Shown: positions 1 through 9,941, counted from the first letter of the stretch. The stretch is 64,000 nucleotides of DNA from an uncultured Myxococcaceae bacterium (GCA_964447205.1 CAYUSB010000011.1:17450-81449), one strand, 5' to 3'. Notes: generated from the letters alone by a model not told the origin. Numbers and translations are program-made.

Positions 1-1702
1 GGTCCATGCCGTCGAGGGGTTGTCTCGCCGCGAGGCGGGCTTCGACCTCGGCGCGTAGCCGCTGCGACGACGCGGGATCGAGGGCCTTTGCCGACGGGAA
101 GTGATGGCCCTGGGTGCGGTACACCTCCAGGAGCTGGCGGTCGGCGTCGCGGTAGCGGGCTTCGACCGCGGGGTCTTCGGCCATGGCGAAGAGCTCGGCC
201 ATGTCCATGCCCTGGGCCCGGGCCTCGGCGGCCGTGGCCCGCAGCCGCACGAGGGCGGCCTCTCCCTGGGGCTCCGGGGGGCCGCCGATGTCGGCGTTGA
301 GCACCGCCTCGGGGTCCATGCCCGCGGCCTCCAGTTGGGCCCGGGCCTGGGCCTGGGCTTCGGCCTTGCGCACCTCGGCCTCGGCCTGCATCTCCGCCGC
401 CTGGGCGTCCATCCGCTCGACCTGAACGGCGAGGTTGTCCAGGGTGACGGGCTCGGGTTCGGGCGGGAGGGGCGGCGGGCCGTAGAGGTCGGGGTCGAGG
501 CCGTCGGCTTCGAGGCGAGCCCGGGCCTCGGCGCGTTCGCGCTCCATACGGCGGCGGGCGTGCTGGTGGATGTATCCCACCTGGCGCATCGCGCGCATCC
601 CCTCGGTGAGCGTATCGGCCACGGGCCGGGCGTCGGGCCGGGGGAGCGGCAAAAGGGCCCGATCGTCGACGGCGAGGAGGGCCCCCTTCTTCTTGTCGAG
701 GCGGTCGTCAAGGGCCTGACGATAGTGCCCGGGGTCCTTGGGGGCCTCGAGGTCTTCGAGGCCGAGGAGCAGGTGCACGATGTCGGCCCCGTCGTCTTCG
801 GCTACGGGGCGGGTTCCGCGAAAGACCATCACCACGCGCTCGGCCTCTGGGAAGAGGAAGACCGTGTCGCACCGCAGGGCGATCTCGGCGAAGGTCTCGG
901 CCCCGTCAGGCTGCCGGTGGGTGACGAAAGCGCGGGGGGCGAAGCCGGGCAGGCGCCCTGTGAGGATGGGCCGCGTGGGGTGCAGGTTGGTGAGGGCGAA
1001 CGACTCGTCGCCGCGAAAGAAGGCGTCGCTCCACTGGTCGTCGGCGGCGGTGTTGAAGAGGGTCCAGTCGATGTCGTCGGCGAGACCGGGATAGGAGGTC
1101 TCGAGCCACGCGGCGTCGTAGGTGCCGACCTTCCGTTGGCGCTGGGGCCAGACGAAATCGAGGGGCCCGAAGCTCGCGGGGGTGATGGGGCGACCCGGGT
1201 CCACCGAGGGCGACCGGGGGTGCTCGACGTTGGGGAGGGGGTGGAAGGATCGGTCCGGGGACTTGACGACTTCGGCGCCGCGGCCGAGGGGGTTCTCCGC
1301 GAACTTCGGGCCGCCGTAGGCCCGGGCCCAGGTGAGGGGCATGGTGGCGAAGGGGGCGGGCTCGGAGGCTTCGCCATCGCGCCACACACGATCGCCAAAG
1401 ACGTGCAGGGTCTTGTCGACGGCCCCAAGCTGAACCCGCACCGCACACGCCCGGGCCTCCCCGCCGGGCGCATGGGCGTTGCCGGCCACGAGGACCTCGG
1501 CGCGGGACTTGGGCATCGCGTCGTCGAAGGCCACCCCGGTCCCCAGGGCCTCGGGGAGAAACTTCCACAGGTCGACCTCGGGCAGGGCCACCGGGTTGTC
1601 GAGCGGCACCAACACGAGCACCCCGACGGAGAAGTGGCACTGCCGCTTGTGCTCGAACACCCGGGACAACACGCTCAGACGCTGGGGTTTGACGATTTTC
1701 AT
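1..1702 (-). CDS. DUF2169-family VgrG-associated (T6SS adaptor-like) protein, first 567 codons; 3' end runs off the window
   Basis: Absent from the ORF track because it has no stop in the window. My reverse translation from ATG 1702 gives MKIVKPQRLSVLSRVFEHKRQCHFSVGVLVLVPLDNPVALPEVDLWKF..., which resembles DUF2169 N-termini as I remember them. It starts 12 nt after the vgrG stop. An Ala/Glu/Arg-rich coiled-coil-like linker follows. High GC3. Confidence 0.75.
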   Translation of the reverse strand, partial: MKIVKPQRLSVLSRVFEHKRQCHFSVGVLVLVPLDNPVALPEVDLWKFLPEALGTGVAFDDAMPKSRAEVLVAGNAHAPGGEARACAVRVQLGAVDKTLHVFGDRVWRDGEASEPAPFATMPLTWARAYGGPKFAENPLGRGAEVVKSPDRSFHPLPNVEHPRSPSVDPGRPITPASFGPLDFVWPQRQRKVGTYDAAWLETSYPGLADDIDWTLFNTAADDQWSDAFFRGDESFALTNLHPTRPILTGRLPGFAPRAFVTHRQPDGAETFAEIALRCDTVFLFPEAERVVMVFRGTRPVAEDDGADIVHLLLGLEDLEAPKDPGHYRQALDDRLDKKKGALLAVDDRALLPLPRPDARPVADTLTEGMRAMRQVGYIHQHARRRMERERAEARARLEADGLDPDLYGPPPLPPEPEPVTLDNLAVQVERMDAQAAEMQAEAEVRKAEAQAQARAQLEAAGMDPEAVLNADIGGPPEPQGEAALVRLRATAAEARAQGMDMAELFAMAEDPAVEARYRDADRQLLEVYRTQGHHFPSAKALDPASSQRLRAEVEARLAARQPLDGMD

Positions 1703-1714
1703 GGCAGGGCGTCT

Positions 1715-4030
1715 CTATGTAATCACAGTCGTATTCGAACGAAAAATTCGAGCAACGGCACTCTCAATTGACATGCCAAGCGACTTAATTCTAGCGCCAA
1801 CACGAGTCTGAACAAACTTAGCGTTGTCGTATTTCCAACCATACAGATCAATCTTGCCCACCGCCACACTTGTGCTTACTGCCCCAACATCAACCTTAAT
1901 CCCAAATACAGTGGCCTTGGCACCAACAACATCCACCGAGAGTCCGGCAATCTTATGCCACTTCGAAGAAACCTCTTCTGCTCCCGGAGCCGCCAACACA
2001 CGATACCCCATGGGTGCATTGATCTGTGCGGGCCCAGCGTAGGTGGCCGTGTGGCTGCCACGTACCGTCTGCGTCTGGTTGCCCGACACCGTGATCACCC
2101 GGTTGCCCGCGACCTGGGTCATCTGGCCGCCCGTCACCGACGTCAACTGGTCGCCCTGAACCCGGGTGTTCTGATCGCCGACGATCACGTTGCGCTGCTG
2201 ACCGGCCACCCGCAGGGTCTGTTCGCCACCGATGGTTGAGTGCTGGTCGCACATCACGTTGTGGGTCTGGTTGCCGTTCACCCGGGTGTTCTGGTCCACG
2301 GCGATGGTATTATGTTGACTGCCCTCGATCCGATTGTTCTGATCGCCGGCCACCCGGGTATGATGATTGTCGTCGTAGGTCTCGGTCACCATGCCCACGA
2401 CGTGCTCGCGCAACTCTCCCCCGACGGAGACGTCTTCGTCGCCGCCCGTGTGCACGAGGCCGTTGCCATCAGTGCGCAGCACCCAGTTATGCTGATGATC
2501 GCCATGATGGGCCCCGAGATGCAGCCGGGTGCGCTGGGTAGGCGTCGACAGCTCGATGCGCTCGGCCCCGCGCTGGTCTTCCATCTCGATGCGGTTACGA
2601 CCACCCGTCTGGATGACATTCTGGGTCGCGTTGTCGGAGGTCACAGGCGAAGCCGTCTGCGGATTCGGAGTCGTGCCCGCGATGACGGGCCGGTCGGGGT
2701 CGCCGCCGAGAAACACCAGCATCACCTCGGTGCCCTTACGCAGCGGAAAGTGAAACCCCTCGGCGTCGCCACCATGGGGTTGCAGCATACGCACCCAGAG
2801 GCTGGCCTGTCCGCCCGTGAGGGAGCCTTCGTCGAAATGCATCTTGACCCGGTAGCGGCCCTGATCGTCGATCTGCGCGTAGGGACTGCCCGTTGGGCCG
2901 TCGACCACCCCGCTCTCGACGCCGTACACCCTCGGCTTCGGGGTCGTCCGCGGCGCACGAAACTGTACCCCGGCCTCGATGGCCTCCAGTTCTACGCGGT
3001 AGGTCCGCGACGACGTGAGCCCCATGGCCCGTGCGATCGCGGGAAAGGCCGCCAGTTGATTGCCCTCGTGGCGCAGCCCCACACACAGATACCGCGCGTT
3101 GTAGGCCGCCCGGGGGTGCTCCTCGAGGTCGAAGAAATACCCCGGACGCAGATCAAACAGACGGCCACGACCGCGATAACGTCCCGCCGTGCTCACCGCT
3201 TCGCCGGCCCGCACCGTCGCCTGACGCTCGGTCTGATCGGTGCCCGCCGTCCCGCCGCCCCAGAGCACGGTGGTCCCCCGGCCCCAGGCGGCAACCTGTG
3301 ACTCGCCGGACTGCACGGTCACCTGCTGGTCGTCGTAGTCGCGCACCTGAAACCGCTGCGGTGTGGCGCTCAGGCTCTCGCGAAACACCTCCATGGCCTC
3401 GACCTGCGACTCGTCGGTGTCGGCCGCAGGATAGTACCGCACCGTGGCCCGCTCGTTGGGATGGCGGTCTTTGCTGTCAGTGAAGGTGAAGGTCTCGTGC
3501 GCTTCGCCCTGGACGAAGTAGTAGTACAGCCCCTCGCGCTCCATCCAGCGGGAGATGAAGTCGAAGTCGCTCTCGCCGTATTGCACCACCTGTTGCACGG
3601 GGCGGTAGCTGCGCTGCAACGGGGCATCCAACTCGGCGATGCCATGATCACGTACGATCGCCTGGATGATGTCGGGGATCCTGTCAGGGGCGCTGCCCTG
3701 AACCCAGGCCCGGTGGCGATTGACCAGCGACAGCAAAAACAACCGGGGTACAAGCACCGCCCGGTACACCGCGCTGTCGGCGTAGTCATTGATATACTCG
3801 ATGGTCGCGAACACCCCGTGCCACCAGGTGCGGCGGGAGCCGTCGTCGCGCAGGATGGCCAGGGTGGCGGGCTGGAGCATCACCCGCGACAGTTCAAACT
3901 CGGCGCTGGCCGCGGAGGGGACCACGAACAGAATCTCGAAGCGGTAGAGCTGCGAGATCCCCTCCTGTCCCGTAAACGACAAGACCTGAACCCCCGTCGG
4001 CAACTGCTCCGAGACCAGCGAGAACGGCAT
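1715..4030 (-). CDS. vgrG: Type VI secretion system spike protein VgrG
   Basis: 775-aa ORF with a gp27-like N-terminus (ISQLYRFEILF). gp5 OB-fold core LWVRMLQPHGGDAEGFHFPLRKGTEVMLVFLGGDPDRPVIAG. Beta-helix repeats (GDQNTRVxG). ATG at 4030 preferred over TTG at 4042. Confidence 0.9.
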   Translation of the reverse strand: MPFSLVSEQLPTGVQVLSFTGQEGISQLYRFEILFVVPSAASAEFELSRVMLQPATLAILRDDGSRRTWWHGVFATIEYINDYADSAVYRAVLVPRLFLLSLVNRHRAWVQGSAPDRIPDIIQAIVRDHGIAELDAPLQRSYRPVQQVVQYGESDFDFISRWMEREGLYYYFVQGEAHETFTFTDSKDRHPNERATVRYYPAADTDESQVEAMEVFRESLSATPQRFQVRDYDDQQVTVQSGESQVAAWGRGTTVLWGGGTAGTDQTERQATVRAGEAVSTAGRYRGRGRLFDLRPGYFFDLEEHPRAAYNARYLCVGLRHEGNQLAAFPAIARAMGLTSSRTYRVELEAIEAGVQFRAPRTTPKPRVYGVESGVVDGPTGSPYAQIDDQGRYRVKMHFDEGSLTGGQASLWVRMLQPHGGDAEGFHFPLRKGTEVMLVFLGGDPDRPVIAGTTPNPQTASPVTSDNATQNVIQTGGRNRIEMEDQRGAERIELSTPTQRTRLHLGAHHGDHQHNWVLRTDGNGLVHTGGDEDVSVGGELREHVVGMVTETYDDNHHTRVAGDQNNRIEGSQHNTIAVDQNTRVNGNQTHNVMCDQHSTIGGEQTLRVAGQQRNVIVGDQNTRVQGDQLTSVTGGQMTQVAGNRVITVSGNQTQTVRGSHTATYAGPAQINAPMGYRVLAAPGAEEVSSKWHKIAGLSVDVVGAKATVFGIKVDVGAVSTSVAVGKIDLYGWKYDNAKFVQTRVGARIKSLGMSIESAVARIFRSNTTVIT

Positions 4031-4217
4031 GATGCACCCCAATCCTTCCCCAGTGAACGTGAGCCAATCAGCCGCGAAGCTACTCCGGCCCTCAACCGGG
4101 ATTCAAGCACCGAATGCGTCCCCGACTGCGGCCGACGCCGCGTATGCCCACAACCGACTGGGTCGCGCCGTTGCAGCCGACCACCCCACGTTGGTGCCCC
4201 AATGCTACCCTCGCACG

Positions 4218-4649
4218 ATGCTCCTCCGCCGTGTCCAGGCTGCCCTGCTCCTCGCGCAGCTCGCGAGCCTCTTCACGTTCGTCCGGGCCGCGGCGCAAAT
4301 CCCCGTCCACATCCTCGCCGTGTCGACGGCCTGCGCCGCCGTCGGCATGTTCGTCGGCGCCACCGCCGCGCTCCGGGCCCGCACCTGGGGCGTCGGCCTC
4401 GTGTTCGCTTCCGCGGTCGCGTTCGCCTCTGCCGCTGCGCTCAAGATGGGCCCCCCGTTCTTCTGGGCGGTGGCTGCCGCCGGCACGATCCCGATGCTCC
4501 TCAGCACGAAGCCCTTCATGCGCTTCAGCCGCTCGGCGACGGTGCTCTTCGCGCTGATCGCGATCGCGGCAGGGGTCGGCTCGGCCCTCGCCTGGCGCGA
4601 GATCGCCCCGCTCATCTTGAACGCGCTGTCCCGAAGGTCCTGCGCGTAG
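4218..4649 (+). CDS. small integral membrane protein, unknown function
   Basis: ATG at 4218 inside the 4029..4649 ORF. Product MLLRRVQAALLLAQLASLFTF... has about 4 hydrophobic segments. The upstream part of the ORF overlaps the vgrG start and looks non-coding. Confidence 0.5.
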   Translation: MLLRRVQAALLLAQLASLFTFVRAAAQIPVHILAVSTACAAVGMFVGATAALRARTWGVGLVFASAVAFASAAALKMGPPFFWAVAAAGTIPMLLSTKPFMRFSRSATVLFALIAIAAGVGSALAWREIAPLILNALSRRSCA

Positions 4650-4660
4650 CTGGGCCTTCG

Positions 4661-5608
4661 ATGCACGATCGGCCTGAAATCTCCGACCTCGTGGTCGACT
4701 ACGACCCCACCACCCTCGTGCGGCGGCCTGTGCCCAAGGCCGGGGTGCTCGCGGCCTTGCGGGGCCACGGGATGCGCGCGGCCGAACGCATCGTGGCGGG
4801 GTTTCCGGCCCGGGACGGTGTGCTCGATGCGGGCCACGTCGACGCCGTCCTCGTGCGGTCCCATCTCGAGCTGCAACGGCTGCACGAGGAGTTTCTGATG
4901 GGCTACCGCGTGTCCGAGGTGCTCGTCGCGGTGTGGGAGGGGCTCCGCCGTGCGGGGGCCCCGCGTCCCTACCACCTGGTGGACCTCGGGTGTGGCCTCG
5001 GGTTTGTGCTGCGCTGGATGGCCCGGCACGGGCGCCTGGGCCCCGACGTGACCCTCACCGGGGCAGACTACAACGTCGCCCTCGCGCGTGCGGCGGGTCG
5101 TCTGGCGACCCAGGAGTCGTTGCCGTGTCGGTTTGTGACGGGCAACGCGTTTCGGCTGGCAGCACCGACGCGGGAGGAGCGGGGCACGGTGGTGTACGTC
5201 TCCACGGGGGTGCTCCATCACTTCCGAGGCGACGGGCTCTCGGCCCTCTTCGCCCAACACGCGGCCTGCGACGCGGCGGCCGCGGTGCACTTCGACATCA
5301 AACCCACCCCCCTCGCCCCCCTCGGGGCCTGGGTGTTTCACCACGCCCGCATGCGCGAGCCGCTCGCCCGCCACGACGGGACCCTCTCCGCGATCCGCGC
5401 CCACGACCCCGACACCCTGCTCGAAGCCCTGGCCACGGGGGCCCCCACGATGCGCCGCATGATCTGGGACGGGGCGGCGGGCGTCCTGCGTCTCGCGCGG
5501 ATCATGCACGCGGTGGTGGGCATCGCCCCGGCCTGGGAGGACGCGTTTCGTACAGCCCTCGGCGGGCAATCGCGTCGGCTCGGCGCGGCCGCGGGCGGCC
5601 CCCGATGA
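4661..5608 (+). CDS. class I SAM-dependent methyltransferase
   Basis: C-terminal 315 aa of the 3461..5608 ORF, starting at ATG 4661 (MHDRPEISD). Contains the VDLGCGLG motif I. The earlier part of the ORF is an antisense shadow of vgrG. Confidence 0.7.
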   Translation: MHDRPEISDLVVDYDPTTLVRRPVPKAGVLAALRGHGMRAAERIVAGFPARDGVLDAGHVDAVLVRSHLELQRLHEEFLMGYRVSEVLVAVWEGLRRAGAPRPYHLVDLGCGLGFVLRWMARHGRLGPDVTLTGADYNVALARAAGRLATQESLPCRFVTGNAFRLAAPTREERGTVVYVSTGVLHHFRGDGLSALFAQHAACDAAAAVHFDIKPTPLAPLGAWVFHHARMREPLARHDGTLSAIRAHDPDTLLEALATGAPTMRRMIWDGAAGVLRLARIMHAVVGIAPAWEDAFRTALGGQSRRLGAAAGGPR

Positions 5609-6123
5609 TCCCCCTGGCTCTGGTGGCCCTGGCCCTGGTCGACGGAGGCCTCCTGGGGTTTCGTGCGGCGGCGGGGCGCTCGGGGATGATCGTCAAGGGC
5701 GCGTACTACCGTCGGGCCGTGGGGTTGGGCGCGGCCTACGCGGGGGCGGTGTCGCTCGGCGGGGTCGTGTTGGCCCTGGCCATGTCGGCCCTCGGGGGGC
5801 CGGGGGGGTGGCCCGCGCTGGTGGAGGCCGGGCGCGCGGCGGTGACGGTGTACGCGGGGTTTGCGGCCCTGGTCTTCGCGGCCCTGGCGGTGTGGGCGGT
5901 GCCGGTGACGGAGGTGCGCACGATCGCCTCGGTGACCGTGCTCGGGCCGGGAACGATCCTACGGCCCTGGGTGCTGCTCGCCGGGCTCGGTTGGGGGCTC
6001 TGGGCGCGGCCGTGTGTGCCCGTGGAGGTGTTGGCGCTCTACGCGGCGGCGACGATGCTGCCGCTGGAGGCGTGGCTAGCGCGTCGGTACTTCGCCCTCG
6101 ACGCGCGGCTGCTCGACGATTGA
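5605..6123 (+). CDS. integral membrane protein, unknown function
   Basis: ATG 5605 overlaps the methyltransferase stop (ATGA). Product MIPLALVALALVDGGLLGF... has several hydrophobic helices. Confidence 0.55.
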   Translation: MIPLALVALALVDGGLLGFRAAAGRSGMIVKGAYYRRAVGLGAAYAGAVSLGGVVLALAMSALGGPGGWPALVEAGRAAVTVYAGFAALVFAALAVWAVPVTEVRTIASVTVLGPGTILRPWVLLAGLGWGLWARPCVPVEVLALYAAATMLPLEAWLARRYFALDARLLDD

Positions 6124-6148
6124 CTCGGCGGGCCGGGGCCCCCATCTC

Positions 6149-6940
6149 TTGCGGGTGACGATGACGAAGGTCCCTCCCACAACCCTGTCGACGGCTGCGA
6201 AGCTCGTGGAGCTTGGGCGTCCGGTGGTGTTGACGACGCTGAGTGTGGCGGTGGGGGCGCGGTGGGGTTGGGGCGTAGCGGTTCCGGTGGCGGTGGCGGC
6301 GGTGTTTGCGTGGTCGATCCTGGTGCACGATCTCATCCACAACGCCCTGCGGCTCGGGCCGCGTGCGGGTGGGTGGGCCCTCGCGGGGGCGGCCCAGTTT
6401 CTGCTCAAGAGCGGGCACGGGCTGCGGGTCCTGCATGGGATTCATCACCACGATTGTCTGGCCGATCACGACAGCGAGGGTCGGGTGGTGTTTGCCTCGT
6501 GGGGGCGACTGGTGCTGACGGGTTCGTGGTTGGCGTGGAAGGCTCGGGCCGAGGCCTGGCGGGCGTCGCCGTCGACGCGCGGGTGGCAGGCGATGGAGAC
6601 GGCGGGCAACGCTGCCCTCCTGGCGGCGCTTCTCGGCAGCGCGTGGTGGACCGGGCACCCGGGACCGCTCGTGTACTGGGGTGCGGTGGTGGTGGTCACG
6701 GTGACGGCCCCGCTATGGGGGGCGAAGATTCCGCACATGGTTCCGTATGGGCACCCGTGGGTGCGGCGGATGGCGGGGTGGACAGGGCGGCTGACGCCCG
6801 GGCTCGCGTCGGTGCTCCTGCACGAGCTGCATCACCGGCGTCCGGGGCTCCCGGTGTCGCTCCTGCCCGCGCACCGCGGGGTGCTCGACGCGACGGCCCC
6901 GTCGCAGTGCGCCGCGCGAATGGAGGCCACGGGGGGATAG
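6149..6940 (+). CDS. membrane fatty-acid-desaturase-like protein (three His boxes)
   Basis: His boxes HDLIH, HGIHHH and HELHH, with hydrophobic segments between them. Confidence 0.55.
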   Translation: MRVTMTKVPPTTLSTAAKLVELGRPVVLTTLSVAVGARWGWGVAVPVAVAAVFAWSILVHDLIHNALRLGPRAGGWALAGAAQFLLKSGHGLRVLHGIHHHDCLADHDSEGRVVFASWGRLVLTGSWLAWKARAEAWRASPSTRGWQAMETAGNAALLAALLGSAWWTGHPGPLVYWGAVVVVTVTAPLWGAKIPHMVPYGHPWVRRMAGWTGRLTPGLASVLLHELHHRRPGLPVSLLPAHRGVLDATAPSQCAARMEATGG

Positions 6941-7150
6941 TCTGCGCGAGGGGTGACGCAGCGGCGGGGCCGGCTCCGGGAGCAGTACCTCGACGAGGGC
7001 GTGCAGAGCGCGCGGGCCGCGGTCGCCTCCCTGCCCTGGGCAGCACCGCCGTCGGGGTAGCGGAACGGCCCGCAACGGCGGCCCACGTCTTGGAGGACGA
7101 TCCGCCCCACGTTGGCGTCCGTCCGTGGGCAGCGGTACGCTCGGAGCGCG

Positions 7151-7609
7151 ATGGATCTGTTCGACGAGTTCGTGTCGATCATCGGGGTGCTCGAAGCCGG
7201 GCGAATTCCCTACGCGGTGTGCGGCGGGATGGCGATGGCGATCCACGGATTTCCTCGGGCAACCGTCGACGTCGACCTGCTGGTACCGACCGAGGCGGCC
7301 GCGCAGATCGTCGCAGCGGTCTCTCCGCTCGGTTACAACGTCGCGGCTGCCCCGATGACCTTTGCCGGCGGCGCGGTGGAGATTCGTCGCGTGTCAAAGA
7401 TCGACCCCCAGGCTGGCGACGTGTTGAGCCTCGACCTGTTGCTCGTTACGCCCATCGCGACCCTGCCCTGGGCCACGAGGACGCGTGTCGCCTGGGAAGG
7501 CGGCGAACTTTCCGTGGTCTCCCCGGCGGGGCTCATCGCGCTCAAGCGCCTGCGAGGCTCCGGGCAAGACCAGGATGACATCCGGCACCTGGAGGGCCTC
7601 GCACCATGA
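7151..7609 (+). CDS. minimal nucleotidyltransferase-fold protein (copy 1)
   Basis: Motif CGGMAMAIHGFPRATVDVDLLV (G[GS]...D.D NTase signature). ATG 7151 preferred over TTG 7112. Paralogous to 9938..10537. Confidence 0.6.
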   Translation: MDLFDEFVSIIGVLEAGRIPYAVCGGMAMAIHGFPRATVDVDLLVPTEAAAQIVAAVSPLGYNVAAAPMTFAGGAVEIRRVSKIDPQAGDVLSLDLLLVTPIATLPWATRTRVAWEGGELSVVSPAGLIALKRLRGSGQDQDDIRHLEGLAP

Positions 7610-7812
7610 GGGTGAGCATGGCGGCGCGCGACGTGACCCTCCGCCTCCGGCGTGTCGCCCAACTCCGACGGCTCTGCCTCGCCCTCGCCCGGAGCCGCCC
7701 GCTCCCACCTCCCGCGGCTCCCGCGGAGCCCGCCGCGGACACCAGCGCCCTCCCTGAGGCCCCCTACGAGGGGCTCGACGCCAGCATCGCTGGGGCCGTC
7801 GAAGGCCGCTGA
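7606..7812 (+). CDS. small ORF (68 aa) overlapping the NTase stop
   Basis: ATGA overlap at 7606-7609. GC3 is high by my hand count (~88%). Arg/Leu-rich helix then a Pro/Ala tail. Could instead be a frameshifted C-terminus of the NTase. Confidence 0.35.
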   Translation: MRVSMAARDVTLRLRRVAQLRRLCLALARSRPLPPPAAPAEPAADTSALPEAPYEGLDASIAGAVEGR

Positions 7813-7873
7813 GCGCTGAATCGAGACCTTCAACGCCGCGGGGCGCCTGGCCGCGACAACACGGAGGCCAAAG

Positions 7874-8548
7874 TCAGGGCAGGGCGAGGGTGGCCTGGCC
7901 GTTGGCGCAGCGCACGTGACGAAACCCATAGCCTCGCAGCGCGGCGTGTTGTGCGGGCGGGGTGATGGCGTCGAGCATCGCCTGGTTGCAGGCCCCGTGA
8001 TCGAAGCGCAGCGTGGTGTCGGCCTCGCCGTCGACGTGGACGCATCCGAGGCCCTGGCCCGCGAGCAGGTCGACCTCCCGCGCGAGCGCGGCCCGCTGCA
8101 CACGCTGTCGAGCCGGGTCGGCCACGGGGCCGTGTTCGGCCAGATGGGACACTACCCGCTGATGGGCGAGGCCAAAGAGGCGCGTGCGCCGTTGGGCGAT
8201 CTCCGCCCGCAGGGTCTCGGCCGGGGCGTGCTCGGGCGCAGACGCGGGGATCGCCGCGAGGTGAGGTTCGGCCGACGAGACGTGGCCGCCGGTCTGGGTG
8301 GTGGGATCGTAGCCGTCGTGGAGGGCCCGACGGGCGTGGTCGAGGTGCTCGGCCGGGGTCATGGCGGCAAACCGTACCCGCGCCGCCTCCGCCCTCGCCC
8401 GGGCCTCCTCGGGCGAGACCAGGGTCCCCTCGGCGACCTCGCTCTCGGTCAGGGCCTTGCCGTACATGGCGAAGGCCCCGACGATGACCACAGGCACCCC
8501 AACGACCACGGCCCCGATGCGCAGCACCTGCCCCAATGAACTCGCCAT
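7874..8548 (-). CDS. N-terminally membrane-anchored hypothetical protein
   Basis: 224-aa ORF. N-terminal hydrophobic segment LRIGAVVVGVPVVIVGAFAMY. No recognisable domain. Confidence 0.55.
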   Translation of the reverse strand: MASSLGQVLRIGAVVVGVPVVIVGAFAMYGKALTESEVAEGTLVSPEEARARAEAARVRFAAMTPAEHLDHARRALHDGYDPTTQTGGHVSSAEPHLAAIPASAPEHAPAETLRAEIAQRRTRLFGLAHQRVVSHLAEHGPVADPARQRVQRAALAREVDLLAGQGLGCVHVDGEADTTLRFDHGACNQAMLDAITPPAQHAALRGYGFRHVRCANGQATLALP

Positions 8549-8605
8549 GGCGCGAGCCTATCACCCCCACACGCCTCCTCCCCGATGGGCGCCCTCGCGG
8601 GGCGT

Positions 8606-9610
8606 TCAGGGCGCGACGACGCGGACGTCGGCGCAGCCCCAGGACTCCAGCGTGAGCCGCAGGTCGGAGGCCCCCGACAGGTCGAGGTTGCCGCGGCGGA
8701 TGCGGATCTCCCAGGTCCGTCCGTTGGTCATCGGCAAGAGGGCTCCGGCCGCGAGGGTCTGTTGCACGTCGAGGATCTGGTCGTCGCGCATCGTGCCGAG
8801 GGCGCTGCCGAGGATCGTGCTCACCACCGCCGCGGTGCCAAACACCCAGCCGTAGCCGTCGGCGTGTTCGGACACCATGGACGCCCGGCCCGCGATGTCG
8901 TCGAGCACCCGCTGGGCCGCCGCCCCCGACGACGCGAGGAAGCAGCCGTAGGTGATCGTGATGTTGGCGATGCTGCGGTACAGGTCACCCTGGCCCCACA
9001 AGAGCCCCGCGCTCGGTGGGATGTTGATCCGGGTCGTGTTGCGATTGCCCGCCACCTCGCGCGGGGCGAGGAGCAAGAGCTCGGCGTGGCGTCCGTCTTC
9101 GGCGCTGATGGCGCAGTACAGGTTGCGCGGGATGTCGAAGAAGCCCCGCTGGATGCTGATCTCGCGCACCCGAATGCGCAGCCGCGGATCGGCGCAGGTG
9201 GTGGCCGCGGGGGCGACCCCGAGGTCGGCGCCGCAGGCGTAGTTGGTGCGGAGCGTGCCGTTCGCGTCGTTGTTGCAGGTCGCGAGGGCCGTGGTGCTGA
9301 GCGGCACAGACAGCGCCCCGGTGCAGCTTGGGGCCATGTCGCAACGGGGGCAGGCGTTGCAGTCGAGGGGGCAGGTCTCGCAGGTCTCCTGCGGTCGGGC
9401 GCACACCCCGTCGCCGCAGCGGGGCGCGGTGTCAACAGGCGTCGTGTCGCGGGGGACGTCCTCGGCGCGCGACCCATCGTGCGCCGCGACGTCGAGGGCC
9501 GAGACGTCGTCCCCGGCATCGGCACTGGCGCCCGTGGCGGCGTCGCCCGCGGCGCATCCTGAGAGCAGCGCACCCACCACGAGCCAACCACGACAGGTCA
9601 TGCCCCGCAC
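8606..9610 (-). CDS. Cys-rich lipoprotein, unknown function
   Basis: Signal plus lipobox WLVVGALLSGC. Cys cluster CGDGVCARPQETCETCPLDCNACPRC. Same strand as, and 57 nt upstream of, 7874..8548. Confidence 0.6.
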   Translation of the reverse strand: MRGMTCRGWLVVGALLSGCAAGDAATGASADAGDDVSALDVAAHDGSRAEDVPRDTTPVDTAPRCGDGVCARPQETCETCPLDCNACPRCDMAPSCTGALSVPLSTTALATCNNDANGTLRTNYACGADLGVAPAATTCADPRLRIRVREISIQRGFFDIPRNLYCAISAEDGRHAELLLLAPREVAGNRNTTRINIPPSAGLLWGQGDLYRSIANITITYGCFLASSGAAAQRVLDDIAGRASMVSEHADGYGWVFGTAAVVSTILGSALGTMRDDQILDVQQTLAAGALLPMTNGRTWEIRIRRGNLDLSGASDLRLTLESWGCADVRVVAP

Positions 9611-9743
9611 GATACCTCACCCCGCGCAGAACCCGGGCAACCCTTCGGACGTCCCATCCCCTGCCGCTGGTGTTCCGCGGCGCGCCGCAGCACGGGTTGC
9701 GCCGCGCCGACCGCGGGCCTACCCTGCGACGCAGAGGCTTCCG

Positions 9744-9941
9744 ATGGACCCGCCGCCCGATCACCCTCCGACCACCCCGTCGCACCACAACGCCGACGCA
9801 CCCCCGCGGATGTCGTTGCGCGACCAGGCGCGGGCGGCGCAGCGGGCCAAAGAGGACGTCCTCGGTCCAGAGGGCCGCATCAAGCTCGCCCTGACCCTGG
9901 GACTCCGCGCGAAGGCCCTGCACCGCCTGGGCGACCCGTGA
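9744..9941 (+). CDS. small ORF (65 aa; alternative ATG 9810 gives 43 aa) overlapping the start of NTase copy 2
   Basis: Stop TGA 9939-9941 overlaps GTG 9938 (GTGA). GC3 about 90% by hand count. C-terminal helix RIKLALTLGLRAKALHRLG. Confidence 0.4.
   Translation: MDPPPDHPPTTPSHHNADAPPRMSLRDQARAAQRAKEDVLGPEGRIKLALTLGLRAKALHRLGDP

Noticed and set aside
101-1771. 556-aa plus-strand ORF and several other long ORFs over 88-1811
   Set aside because: Gly/Arg/Pro/His-rich nonsense composition. It lies antisense to a minus-strand frame that gives a clean DUF2169-like protein with high GC3, so it is a classic high-GC shadow ORF.
3461-4660. N-terminal 400 aa of the 715-aa ORF 3461..5608
   Set aside because: It overlaps vgrG antisense and the small membrane gene. 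The sequence is low-complexity Arg/Pro/Gly. A convincing methyltransferase only starts at ATG 4661.
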